A stretch of DNA of 31,411 nucleotides from a virus (taxonomy: Duplodnaviria > Caudoviricetes), in the IMG/VR virus record IMGVR_UViG_3300031197_000008, positions 1 to 31,411 of that record, one strand, 5' to 3'. The notes beneath the pieces were generated by a model, which was not told the origin of the DNA, did no database searches, and saw only the letters and a program-made list of their open reading frames with translations. The number at the start of each line of letters is the position of its first letter. The stretch's first letter is position 1. Both the position numbers and the translations under genes were made by a program. Shown here one piece after another: positions 16,029 through 24,762 of the stretch.

Positions 16029-16432
16029 ATTTGAAGGAAAGTCTTCGCTGCCGTTAGGAGTTCTCCGGCAGTCATCGTCTCCACTTGACTCAGCTTCGCA
16101 ATCACGGAGTCGATGCCCGAGGCGTCCGTGTAAGTCGCCGGAGGGTTGGCCGTGTAGGAGGTGGCGATTGCAGAGCCATTTCCTTCCACTGACAAAGTGA
16201 GCGCGATTGACATTGCCCCGTTGATAGTTCCAACCGGGGTCACTTCAGCGTAGATCACAACCGTTCTCCCTCCACGAACCGCTATTATTTGGTAACGGAG
16301 ATTGTTGCTATCGACTTCCTGAATGGTTATGCGGTTGGAAGCGACTCCGGCAGCAATGAGATTTGTCCGCAGCGACGTGAATGCAGCTTGCATCCTCTGC
16401 GCGAACGAGGTCGTAAAAGTCCAATAGTCCAT
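16025..16432 (-). CDS. Hypothetical protein, probably structural
   Basis: 135 aa; ATGA overlap with the downstream gene. Confidence 0.65.
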   Translation of the reverse strand: MDYWTFTTSFAQRMQAAFTSLRTNLIAAGVASNRITIQEVDSNNLRYQIIAVRGGRTVVIYAEVTPVGTINGAMSIALTLSVEGNGSAIATSYTANPPATYTDASGIDSVIAKLSQVETMTAGELLTAAKTFLQI

Positions 16433-16441
16433 GAGCAGTCA

Positions 16442-16969
16442 TCACACCTCGAAAATAATCCAAATGGTCATATTGACCGTCGCTGCGAAGGTTACACGCG
16501 CACGAACGTAATTTTGCGGCGTGATGTCAAACTCAGTCCCGAGCGGCCATTGATAAACGTATTGGTTCGTCGGCGCGATTTGTTGAATGTCAATCGCGCG
16601 GTAGCCAGCCACAGTTCCTTCCGTCACCGCAGCCGTGGCAAAACCGGAAGTCGTGGTGGACAAATTCAAAGGCACGCCGCCCGCGCCGGCCGTATTCGCC
16701 GTGGCGTTGCGGTCATTGTAAGGCATGATGTCCGCCGCCGCGTAAGCCGTGCTCATGGTGGCGGCCACAGTCGTTTCAAATAATTCCACCTGGCCGGGCG
16801 TCGCCGCCGCCGAGCCATCAAAGGAACATCCCCAGGCAATGATCTTCGCGTGGACGCCGGTTGCAAAGCGCAATTGCATCATGGTGCGAATTGCGGAGCC
16901 AGTCGGCTGCTTAACCGGGGCGGCCGTTGTCGGTTGAGCGCAGTTAAGAACGATGTAAGACTTGGCCAT
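16442..16969 (-). CDS. Beta-rich hypothetical structural protein
   Basis: 175 aa, Ala/Thr-rich, tightly packed in the operon. Confidence 0.7.
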   Translation of the reverse strand: MAKSYIVLNCAQPTTAAPVKQPTGSAIRTMMQLRFATGVHAKIIAWGCSFDGSAAATPGQVELFETTVAATMSTAYAAADIMPYNDRNATANTAGAGGVPLNLSTTTSGFATAAVTEGTVAGYRAIDIQQIAPTNQYVYQWPLGTEFDITPQNYVRARVTFAATVNMTIWIIFEV

Positions 16970-17140
16970 TTATTTTTCTTCCTGTTTCCGTTCGCGTTCC
17001 GTCGCCTCGGCAATTTCCTTGTCGATGAATTTCTTCAACTCGCCGAGCGTAAACACGCGATAGTCCAGCGAGTCGTCATCGTGCCGCGAGATTGACCGGA
17101 TGCTGGTTTCAGCAATCGAGATTTTGCGTTTGATTTGCAT
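16970..17140 (-). CDS. Small hypothetical protein
   Basis: Below the ORF-track cutoff; 56 aa MQIKRKISIAETSIRS...RKQEEK fills the gap, with TAA abutting the next ATG. Confidence 0.65.
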   Translation of the reverse strand: MQIKRKISIAETSIRSISRHDDDSLDYRVFTLGELKKFIDKEIAEATERERKQEEK

Positions 17141-17146
17141 GATGAG

Positions 17147-17716
17147 TTAAAGTTGTGCAATGAGCTTGTTGCTTTTCGTTTTGTTTTCGTGCTCGGTAAC
17201 AATTCTCAAATTCCAAGGAACATGGAGGCCAGACAATCCTTTTCCGTTCAATGGCATGATGTGGTCAACCTGATGTTTTATTCCCGTCTCTCTGGTAATC
17301 TTCCGAGCGATTGAATAGAGTTTTCCAATCTCAGCAACGTCAACCCAAGGGGGTGTTGCGCGCTGAATTCTTTTTGACCTATCAACAACTTTTTGAATTT
17401 CACGATCCCGATTAGCTTGGTATCGCGCACGACACAATGCGCGTGCTTTTTCAGGATTTTTCCAGTACCAGCGAGTTGCCTTCATCCTGCCAATTTCTTT
17501 TCCGCGTTCGGATTGTGCGTAACGTTTCTTTGCTGCTTCAGTCCCGCCGTAACCGGAATGTTGTTTAGCGCGTTCTGGATTCACTTTTATCCATTCGCTA
17601 ACTCTTAATGCGTTTGAACAAGGAGTGCATTGCACCATGCTGCCGCGCCTTCGCCAGCGATGAAATGGTTTTAGACACCGAATGCAAACGCACTTAATAG
17701 GAGATGCTAACCTCAT
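17147..17716 (-). CDS. HNH (homing) endonuclease
   Basis: ATPPW...HQVDHIMPL...GLHVPWNL...N-x-x-K-x-N motif; visibly more AT-rich than its neighbours. Confidence 0.9.
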   Translation of the reverse strand: MRLASPIKCVCIRCLKPFHRWRRRGSMVQCTPCSNALRVSEWIKVNPERAKQHSGYGGTEAAKKRYAQSERGKEIGRMKATRWYWKNPEKARALCRARYQANRDREIQKVVDRSKRIQRATPPWVDVAEIGKLYSIARKITRETGIKHQVDHIMPLNGKGLSGLHVPWNLRIVTEHENKTKSNKLIAQL

Positions 17717-18132
17717 GAATTTGCGTCTGTGAGCGTGAACGTGTTGATGGTAAAACTCTGACCGGCGGCGAACACCGCATTGTCCACCGTCATATCCGTG
17801 CCGCTTGTCCCAACCGTCCCCTGCATGAAGCAGGTCGTTTCATCTTTGGTGGCCTGGGAATTATAGACGCGAAAGTGCGCCGCCGTTCCCGCCGCATCGG
17901 CGGAAGCGTCCTGCCAGGTGCCCGACTTGGCTTTCGAGCCGGATGAGGCTGCGGCCATCCAGTCAGCCGGCAGATTGATCGTCGCCAAAACAGTTCCCGT
18001 GCCCGCCGTGGCGCAAGTGGCCGGTTGCGTGCCGGTGCGGATTTCGAGGGAACAGCTTGTGCCATTCGTGCTTTCGATGGTGTCCAATCGCGCATTGCGA
18101 GTGGCCGCGTTCATTTGGAGATTGAGTGCCAT
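17713..18132 (-). CDS. Virion structural protein, putative
   Basis: 139 aa Thr/Ala/Gly-rich (RNARLD..., GTAAHFR, GTVGTSGTD), directly after portal. Confidence 0.65.
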   Translation of the reverse strand: MALNLQMNAATRNARLDTIESTNGTSCSLEIRTGTQPATCATAGTGTVLATINLPADWMAAASSGSKAKSGTWQDASADAAGTAAHFRVYNSQATKDETTCFMQGTVGTSGTDMTVDNAVFAAGQSFTINTFTLTDANS

Positions 18133-18135
18133 AGA

Positions 18136-19761
18136 TTATTTTTCGATCAAGTTTTCTTCCACGTTGAAACCGAGAATTTCGCCGCTATCGTTGCGGCGAT
18201 AGTCAACTTTGCGCGCCATGCGTTTGCCTTCCGGCAACGGCGCTTTGAGCGTGATGTTGACCGGCTGAGAAGCCGCCGCGCTAGCCTGCGACGGCGCAGA
18301 GCCGTTGGCCTCCTGGCGCAAGGCTTGCGGCTCGTTCCCGAGGAGTTGAATCTTGTCCGGGTTGACCCCTTCGGCCTTCGCTTCGTCCTGGATGAAACGC
18401 TGCTCTTTGATCCGTTGCCGAATCTGCTCCTGCCACCAGAGGTTTTTCTTCCCATACCAGTTCCGATACGTCTGCCCGCCCATCTTGAGCGCTTCCCGGT
18501 CGATCTGTTCGTCATAGCCAGCATCGGGCGTGAACCGCGCCGGCCCTTGGTAATCGAGTTCGTAAAAGTCATCATCGGGCGGCAACGTGCCGAGCTTCAC
18601 GAATTTGGAAATGCGCCAGACATTGATCCGTTGCGTGGCCGGTATGAGCGTGGTGTATTGCAGGCATTGCACCGTGCGATTGATCCGGTCCACCAACAGC
18701 CGCAGATTCCCGCCGTTCAGCTTCACCGCCCCGAAACCGAAATCCACCGACCAATTGAGCGAATAGAGCGCTTCCCTCAAAACGTCCTCCCGTAAATCCC
18801 TTTCGCTCGGCGTCGGGCGATTGTCCTCGATGGCTTCGATCTTGGAATCGCTGCCAGCGCGAACAATGCGAGAGGTCACGCCGTTGACGATTGATTGTCG
18901 CACGCCGGCTTGGATCGGTGTCGGGCTGTCCGGCAGGTCGAGCAGAGTGGACGCTTCAGCATTTCCGCCCTCGGTATGTTCGATGAAGCCCATCGACGCG
19001 GCCAGCATGTGCCGGGTCAATTGATAACGCCGCGCCGAGTTCAAATCTTGGAAGTCAAACAGGCACGCGCCGAGTTGCGACCAGCCGCGCACTTGATCGG
19101 GGTATTCCGGGATGAAACTGAGGAAAGCGTCATTCGCCGAAATGTCTGTGAAATTATCCTTGTCGTATCGGCTCTCGCTGCAAACGCGGTAAGCCAGCGC
19201 CCGGCCGTAATCATTCACGATCACGCCGTCAATGATTCGCGCGCCATCAAGGTCGCCGCCTTGGACATTCGTTTCGTTCGCCGCACAACGAATGCGATGG
19301 CTCGGAATCATCTGAATCATCGGGTAGCCGTTGCCTTGATCCACCAACACTGTCAGCATGTCCCCTTCACGGAACACGGAATAAATCAGCATTCGCCGAT
19401 AGGCCGCGAAGTCGAATGGCGGACCATTCAAGCATAAAATTTTGTCGTGCTCATAGAGCTTGTCCTGCATCAGCCGGCCCCATTCCTCGTTTCGTCCAAC
19501 ATAGTGGACTTCAAACGTTGATCCAGCGGCTTCCGCCATTTCCTTGACTGCCCCGCGAACAGCCGGGCAATTGTCAAAAAGATACTTTCCCGCATTGGCC
19601 AGAGTGATCCGGCCAAACGCATTGATATTCCGGTGCGTGTCGTTATCGAGCGGCGGCGGTGTCGGCCGGTCTGGTCGCGGTGTCGCCGCGTCAATCAGCC
19701 GGTTGTTCGTCCAGCCGGTTGACGAGCGGCGGTCAATGAGTTTGTAGCCGGAGACGCTCAT
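18136..19761 (-). CDS. Portal protein, lambda family
   Basis: 541 aa; motifs REGD, IPSHRI, IIDGV-x-x-x-x-x-GR-x-x-x-Y, QVRG; follows a gpW-like gene. Confidence 0.88.
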   Translation of the reverse strand: MSVSGYKLIDRRSSTGWTNNRLIDAATPRPDRPTPPPLDNDTHRNINAFGRITLANAGKYLFDNCPAVRGAVKEMAEAAGSTFEVHYVGRNEEWGRLMQDKLYEHDKILCLNGPPFDFAAYRRMLIYSVFREGDMLTVLVDQGNGYPMIQMIPSHRIRCAANETNVQGGDLDGARIIDGVIVNDYGRALAYRVCSESRYDKDNFTDISANDAFLSFIPEYPDQVRGWSQLGACLFDFQDLNSARRYQLTRHMLAASMGFIEHTEGGNAEASTLLDLPDSPTPIQAGVRQSIVNGVTSRIVRAGSDSKIEAIEDNRPTPSERDLREDVLREALYSLNWSVDFGFGAVKLNGGNLRLLVDRINRTVQCLQYTTLIPATQRINVWRISKFVKLGTLPPDDDFYELDYQGPARFTPDAGYDEQIDREALKMGGQTYRNWYGKKNLWWQEQIRQRIKEQRFIQDEAKAEGVNPDKIQLLGNEPQALRQEANGSAPSQASAAASQPVNITLKAPLPEGKRMARKVDYRRNDSGEILGFNVEENLIEK

Positions 19762-20015
19762 GCGGTGAAGATGGGCGTCGTGCGCGTGGGGCGAATCATG
19801 GTCGCCAGCGGGTAAGTCGTGGGGTCGCGCGCGTAGAGCGTTTCCTTGATCTGATCCAGCCGGGCATCGATGCTAAGGCCGTCCCGGAAACGAAACGAGC
19901 CATCGCCCGCCGATGCTTCGGAGATGTCAGCGTTTTCAAGCTTGGCAGCTTCGAGTTCCGCCGCTTTTGCCGCCAGGGTCGCCGTTGACAGAAATGGAAA
20001 ATAATCAAACGCCAT
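19758..20015 (-). CDS. Head-tail adaptor (gpW-like), putative
   Basis: Start moved to ATG 20015 (85 aa); helix-hairpin-helix pattern, ATGA overlap with portal, preceded by the GTTGACT motif. Confidence 0.6.
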   Translation of the reverse strand: MAFDYFPFLSTATLAAKAAELEAAKLENADISEASAGDGSFRFRDGLSIDARLDQIKETLYARDPTTYPLATMIRPTRTTPIFTA

Positions 20016-20029
20016 TTCTCCCGCCCAAG

Positions 20030-20036
20030 AGTCAAC
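20030..20036 (-). promoter_or_regulatory. GTTGACT late-gene upstream motif
   Basis: 14 nt before ATG 20015. Confidence 0.7.
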
Positions 20037-20067
20037 AAAGCATCGACCGACAACGTTAAAGCGAGGC

Positions 20068-20096
20068 TTGACGGAGAGCATTGGACAGGCTATGTC
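20068..20096 (+). promoter_or_regulatory. Putative sigma70-type promoter for the plus-strand operon
   Basis: TTGACG-17 nt-TATGTC, 8 nt before ATG 20105. Confidence 0.4.
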
Positions 20097-20104
20097 CAAG
20101 GCCC

Positions 20105-20491
20105 ATGTTCTCGCGCGACCTCGCCGATTCTTCGCTGGCCTCCTACACCCCGGACATCGCCGCCGAGATTGACGGCCTCGATCCTGACGTGGCTGAATTG
20201 GTCGCCGAAGCCCGAACGGAAGGCATTGATCGGACGATCTGTCTGCTCCTCGACACCAAACGCGCCGGACTTGAAATCGACTGCCTGGCCATTGCGACCG
20301 GTGCGGCCTACCGGGATGATAAGACGATGGCCAGCATCGCCCGCTCCTGGGGACTCACCCGCGCCGCCATCTCCCAACGCTGTGTGGACTTGTGCCAACG
20401 GCTCGGCATACCGCCGTCGCGCTTCATGCGAAGCGAAATGGCCCGTCAAACCTTCGCGCTCACCAATCGCCGCAACCTCTCTGCGGCATGA
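20105..20491 (+). CDS. HTH DNA-binding protein (sigma region-4-like HTH)
   Basis: Start moved to ATG 20105 (128 aa); KTMASIARSWGLTRAAISQR helix-turn-helix. Confidence 0.7.
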   Translation: MFSRDLADSSLASYTPDIAAEIDGLDPDVAELVAEARTEGIDRTICLLLDTKRAGLEIDCLAIATGAAYRDDKTMASIARSWGLTRAAISQRCVDLCQRLGIPPSRFMRSEMARQTFALTNRRNLSAA

Positions 20492-20682
20492 ACGACACAA
20501 ATAATGCGACAGAGCCGGCACCTAAAGCGCGAAGGCCAGCGGCTGTGCGGGCGCTTTTTCGATTTATGCCACTGCTCATGCTAATGATGGCGGTGGCCAC
20601 GAGAAACGAGTGGGTTGCCTCGCTGTTTCTTCTGCTTTGCTACTTCTACATTTGGAACAATGAGAACAATCGAAGATTGTGA
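20488..20682 (+). CDS. Small membrane protein
   Basis: 64 aa from ATG 20488 (ATGA overlap), two short hydrophobic stretches; GTGA overlap with the next gene. Confidence 0.6.
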   Translation: MNDTNNATEPAPKARRPAAVRALFRFMPLLMLMMAVATRNEWVASLFLLLCYFYIWNNENNRRL

Positions 20683-21341
20683 CTGAGAACAGCGGCATGA
20701 ACGAACCCACTACGTTTGAAGAACCGGGGCTGATCGTTCATCCGCTCGGCATTGAGTTCGGTGAAGATTATCCGATTGAATCCTGGGTGCGTCTCGGGCC
20801 GCTGCTCAAACGCTCCGGCATCGTGGCGCAATGGCGGCTCGCGGATTGGCTGGCTCATGCCATCAGGAAATCAAAGGAGGAACAGGCTGAACCTACTCCC
20901 GGGAGTAGGAGCCAGAGAACTTGGACCGATGCTCTTAAAGCATTCAAGGAATCGGAAATCCGCGCCGATCAAACTATTTGGACGCTTGCGAGCGTGGCTA
21001 GGAGTTTCCCGATTGAGCGGCGGCGGGATAACATTGAGTCGCTTTCTTTCTATCGTGAACTGGCTCCCTTGAAAGCGACGCAACAAACCAAGTGGCTGGA
21101 TCGAATTGAAAAGGAAAATCTTTCGGTGTCGCAATTTCGCAGGCTCTTACGGCAATCATCCGCCACGCGCGACGCGGAGAAAGTCGATCACGAACCTTGG
21201 GACAGCCCGACGTTGAAATGCCGGGAACTGGTGAATTGGTTGCGGAGCAAGCCGTCGGATTTTTGGACGCCGTTACGGAAGCAAATGTGGGCTGCTGAAC
21301 TCAAACCGCTCGCCGAGTTTTACGCCGGGCTGGTTTCGTGA
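20679..21341 (+). CDS. LmbU-like DNA-binding protein, putative
   Basis: W-x-L-A-D-W and R..S.S.YRELA.L....Q..WL.......LSV..FR patterns resemble LmbU-family proteins. Confidence 0.6.
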   Translation: MTENSGMNEPTTFEEPGLIVHPLGIEFGEDYPIESWVRLGPLLKRSGIVAQWRLADWLAHAIRKSKEEQAEPTPGSRSQRTWTDALKAFKESEIRADQTIWTLASVARSFPIERRRDNIESLSFYRELAPLKATQQTKWLDRIEKENLSVSQFRRLLRQSSATRDAEKVDHEPWDSPTLKCRELVNWLRSKPSDFWTPLRKQMWAAELKPLAEFYAGLVS

Positions 21342-21486
21342 CGGGATAAAATCCGACGGTAGCGAGCGCCTCGTTCCATACTTTGAGATGCCTGCGCCCT
21401 TTGGCCGTTCGCTTAAATTGCGCGAACACTCGCCGCGCCGCCAGCCCGTCTTTGCACGCCGTGGGTTTCAGAGTTTCTTCGCTCAT
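21301..21486 (-). CDS. Small hypothetical protein
   Basis: 61 aa from ATG 21486 (MSEETLKPTAC...), after the terminase; 3' end overlaps the convergent gene. Confidence 0.4.
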   Translation of the reverse strand: MSEETLKPTACKDGLAARRVFAQFKRTAKGRRHLKVWNEALATVGFYPVTKPARRKTRRAV

Positions 21487-21489
21487 TCG

Positions 21490-21524
21490 AGGTTGGAAGT
21501 TGAATGTTGAATGTTCGATGTTTC
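21490..21524. repeat. Degenerate 7-bp tandem repeat (x5)
   Basis: AGGTTGG AAGTTGA ATGTTGA ATGTTCG ATGTTTC directly after the terminase stop. Confidence 0.75.
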
Positions 21525-21529
21525 CGATC

Positions 21530-23413
21530 TTACGCCGCCACCGCCGTTTCCGGCAACTCCTTTTCCGCCCCTTCCTTCGCCCCTTCCGCCGCCACATCCT
21601 CAACCAAATCCGGCAACACCTTCGCCATCTTCGCGCCGATCACCTGCATACATTCGCAATCCCACAAATGGTCGTTCGTGGATTGAAACCAGACTTCCTC
21701 CCAGCGCCCCGTTTTCTTGCTGCGCTCCCGGCGCTTGTAGGTGGAATGCAGTTGCCGGTTGTAATCCGCTTCCTTCTCCGGGTCGCCGCCCGCCGGACAA
21801 AGCCATTCCTCGCCCCGGCCATCCCGCAATCGGCGCAAAACCTCGAACGTCGTGGGGTTGCTCCAAAAAACCCGGTTGCAATACATCCGCCCTTGCATGG
21901 TGGTTCCGCGCTCCGGGTCGCCGCTGTTCGGGTCTTCCAAATACGATTGCTCTTTATGCCCGACTTTCCGGCCGTATTTGGTAAGCGGAATCGAAAAGCT
22001 CTTGCGCTTCTCACCGAGCGCAGCGGTCCAGAAATTATTTTTGCGACAGAAGAAATAAACGTCCTTTATGCGAAAGCGGCAATCGCAGATTACACTCACC
22101 TTGCCCTTGGATTTCCATTGCTCCTGTTTCAACTCGATCTCCGTCCAGGAAAAAAGTTTCCCGAAATCCAGTCGGCGACTCTTGCCATTCTTGGACCATG
22201 CCCGAACCACAAACCAGAAGTGATCCTCTTGCACATCGACCGTGAGGAAAATGGCATAGGTCTCATCCCACTTCGCATTCACATCATAAGCCACCAGCCG
22301 ACCGCTCTGGCCGAGTTGCGCCCGTTCCTCGCTCCACGGCTCGGCGAGTTGTTTCTGAATGAACTCGCGACGCGGATCGGGAATGCCCTTCTTCCACGCA
22401 TCATTCGCCTTCAGCCATTCCGTGACGAGTTCCTTCCAATCGCGGAAAATCATCGCGGGCCGGCGGAAGCTTTGATAAGCGGGATTCGCGCGCGGATTTT
22501 CGGCAACATCTTTTCCGCGTAAATTCCAGTGTTGCTCCAACCGCTCGTTCTGGATGTTCGCCTGGCCGCAGTGCGGGCATTCGTAACGCACCGTGGGCAA
22601 CACTTCCGAGAGGTTCCAGCGGCCGCGCGCGTCGCGCGTGCGTTCGTTTTGATCGTAACGCATTCCCCATCTGCTGCCGTCCGGTCGAAAACCCTCCCAG
22701 CGCAGCGCAAAGAATTTGTCACAATTCAGGCACGGCACGGTCCAAATATTCTGCGTGCCCTCCTGCCAGCGTTCGTCGAGTTCATCCATCACCTCGCCGC
22801 CTTGGGAACAAATTAAAACCTTGCTCACGCCCTGATCTTGGTGCGCCTGCGTGCGGGCAATGGCTTCCTGCAACCGGCCCGGCTCCCAATTCCAAGCTTC
22901 GTCTCCGAACAGGTAACGCACGCGCTTGGCTTGGAGCAATCGCAACGCCGCGCCTTGAACAAACAGTGCCGCGCCGTGATTCCAGAGCACATCGCGCCGC
23001 CGCTTCTGATCTTCATCTTTGGGAAATAATTTCGCGACGGGCGGACAGTGTTCAAGAATCGGCATCGTCCGCATGTCCGCATGGCCGTCCGCGAGTTCCT
23101 TCGTGGGTAGGATGAAAAGGAAATTGCCGGGGTCATTCGCGACCGTCCAGGGCAGCCATACATCAGCGATCATCGTCCCGCCGTAACTCACCGCCTTGTA
23201 AACCACGACCTCGCGCACCGCGTCGTTTTGTAGCGCCTCGAAAATGGGCATGACTGAGCGCGTGTCGTCGCAGCGAAAGAAGCCGCTGCGTTTTGGAAAG
23301 GATTGAAGCGGAAGGAAAACATTTTCGCCCGCCCACTCGTAAATGGGACGGCGATCCGGCGGCTGCCAGATTTCGCGCCAGAGGGAATCGACTAGAGCGG
23401 CGGACACACCCAA
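21530..23413 (-). CDS. Terminase large subunit, lambda gpA family
   Basis: W.PP......WA N-terminus, deviant Walker A KAVSYGGT, Walker B YLFGDE, zinc motifs CLNC and CPHC, nuclease TVDVQ and NDHLWDC. The true start may be GTG 23407. Confidence 0.92.
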   Translation of the reverse strand: MGVSAALVDSLWREIWQPPDRRPIYEWAGENVFLPLQSFPKRSGFFRCDDTRSVMPIFEALQNDAVREVVVYKAVSYGGTMIADVWLPWTVANDPGNFLFILPTKELADGHADMRTMPILEHCPPVAKLFPKDEDQKRRRDVLWNHGAALFVQGAALRLLQAKRVRYLFGDEAWNWEPGRLQEAIARTQAHQDQGVSKVLICSQGGEVMDELDERWQEGTQNIWTVPCLNCDKFFALRWEGFRPDGSRWGMRYDQNERTRDARGRWNLSEVLPTVRYECPHCGQANIQNERLEQHWNLRGKDVAENPRANPAYQSFRRPAMIFRDWKELVTEWLKANDAWKKGIPDPRREFIQKQLAEPWSEERAQLGQSGRLVAYDVNAKWDETYAIFLTVDVQEDHFWFVVRAWSKNGKSRRLDFGKLFSWTEIELKQEQWKSKGKVSVICDCRFRIKDVYFFCRKNNFWTAALGEKRKSFSIPLTKYGRKVGHKEQSYLEDPNSGDPERGTTMQGRMYCNRVFWSNPTTFEVLRRLRDGRGEEWLCPAGGDPEKEADYNRQLHSTYKRRERSKKTGRWEEVWFQSTNDHLWDCECMQVIGAKMAKVLPDLVEDVAAEGAKEGAEKELPETAVAA

Positions 23414-23458
23414 GCGGGCGTGTCAATCATTGGAACTGAGAATCACTTACACATTTGA

Positions 23459-23482
23459 ATATACGAACGCCTGTTCGTATAT
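23459..23482. promoter_or_regulatory. Perfect intergenic palindrome (operator or hairpin)
   Basis: ATATACGAAC-GCCT-GTTCGTATAT upstream of the large terminase gene. Confidence 0.6.
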
Positions 23483-23498
23483 CACTTGCTCGACATAT

Positions 23499-23795
23499 TC
23501 ACAGGTCTTGGAGTATTGCCGACCACGGTTCGCTGTCCACAATCAGTCGGACTTCGCGCAGCGCATACGCTTCTGCGTCTGCGGCAGTTCTGATGTCGAG
23601 CGGATGAGCGGCTCTGAGCACATAGGTTGCGTGCTTGCGTTCAGCAACCCGCCAGTTGACCAGAGCGGTGCGCAGGCGGTTGAACGTCGAACCAGCCCGA
23701 TGCAGCGAATGAGCTTTAGCCTTTTCGCGGAGACAGGCGGCGCATTCATCGGCGCTCAGACAGCTTTCAAGAATCGTATGGTTGCAATCGCTCAT
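23499..23795 (-). CDS. Hypothetical protein
   Basis: Start moved to ATG 23795 (ATGA overlap), 98 aa, Cys-rich N-terminus. Confidence 0.6.
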   Translation of the reverse strand: MSDCNHTILESCLSADECAACLREKAKAHSLHRAGSTFNRLRTALVNWRVAERKHATYVLRAAHPLDIRTAADAEAYALREVRLIVDSEPWSAILQDL

Positions 23796-24136
23796 GTTCC
23801 TGAGTCCTTTTTGCACGCCAGTTCGTTGAGTTTTGCCACTGCTTTTCCAACACACGATTTGCAAAGGATGGCGGTTCTGCTTTCCCAGCCCGGTTCTTCT
23901 CCAACGCGAAGCACCCAGTCTGTCTCTTGTCCGCATTCGTCGCATTGCAGGGTTGTCCATGACGAGTTGCCGATTATGTCCGCCACATCTTTTGCGGAGC
24001 AAGTTTCGAGATTGAGTTGTTGCAACTGTTTGAAGATTTCCAACTTGTTTGGACTGTGTTTGTCAAACGGCGTGTATTGGTCTTTCCATCGGTCGCAGAC
24101 CCGGAGGATGCAATCTCTTTGAGTTATGATTTTCAT
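23792..24136 (-). CDS. Hypothetical protein with two CxxC motifs
   Basis: 114 aa, CDEC...CKSC; ATGA overlaps on both sides. Confidence 0.7.
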   Translation of the reverse strand: MKIITQRDCILRVCDRWKDQYTPFDKHSPNKLEIFKQLQQLNLETCSAKDVADIIGNSSWTTLQCDECGQETDWVLRVGEEPGWESRTAILCKSCVGKAVAKLNELACKKDSGT

Positions 24137-24762
24137 GGTTCATTGATCGTCTGAACACCCGCCGCCGTGAAACTTTCATCCAGCGTGGTCTTGAGCAGAA
24201 TGCCGACGGCCGTCATGTCCAGCCCGGTCAGTTTTGCGATTTTGCTTTTCAACTCGATCTCGAATTTCTGGCGAAGAATCTGGCGCAGGTTTGTTTCCCG
24301 TTCGTAAACTCGATTCCAGGTCTCCTGCCGGTCCACCCATTTGCCGGCGAAGATTTCTTCCGCGCGTTTTTCCAGCCTCAATTCCCGGCGCAATTTTATT
24401 TCCTGCGCCGTAGCAGCGAGCTTGTCCTTGCCTTCGGCTTTGGCCCTAACTTCTTTGCCGTGGGTTTTCAGCCAGGGACCAAGTTCTAGCGGATAAATGC
24501 GGCTGTCGCGGAAACCGGGAGCGCCCTTGCGTTTGGCAAACTGAATCTCCGAGCGCGTGACATTGAGCCGGTCCGCAGCTTGGTCAATCGTATCACACGC
24601 CGCCCCTTCCGCGCCCATTGCCGCGCGGAGTTGTTGCCGCTCGCCGATGTTGAGCACCTTGCCCGCTTTGATCTTGGAAACGATGTTGGCGAGGTTAGCT
24701 TTTTCCAGGAGCGCGAATTGCTCCGGCGTGAACGTCTCGGCGGGTTTGGCGGGATTGCTCAT
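24133..24762 (-). CDS. Terminase small subunit (Nu1-like), putative
   Basis: HTH (DQAADRLNVTRSEI..KRKGAP) followed by a coiled coil, upstream of a gpA-type terminase. Confidence 0.65.
   Translation of the reverse strand: MSNPAKPAETFTPEQFALLEKANLANIVSKIKAGKVLNIGERQQLRAAMGAEGAACDTIDQAADRLNVTRSEIQFAKRKGAPGFRDSRIYPLELGPWLKTHGKEVRAKAEGKDKLAATAQEIKLRRELRLEKRAEEIFAGKWVDRQETWNRVYERETNLRQILRQKFEIELKSKIAKLTGLDMTAVGILLKTTLDESFTAAGVQTINEP

Noticed and set aside
7323-22522. Long plus-strand ORFs (7323-8213, 8508-9629, 11812-12951, 18025-18795, 21383-22522)
   Set aside because: They are antisense shadows of well-supported minus-strand genes in GC-rich DNA, with no recognisable motifs.
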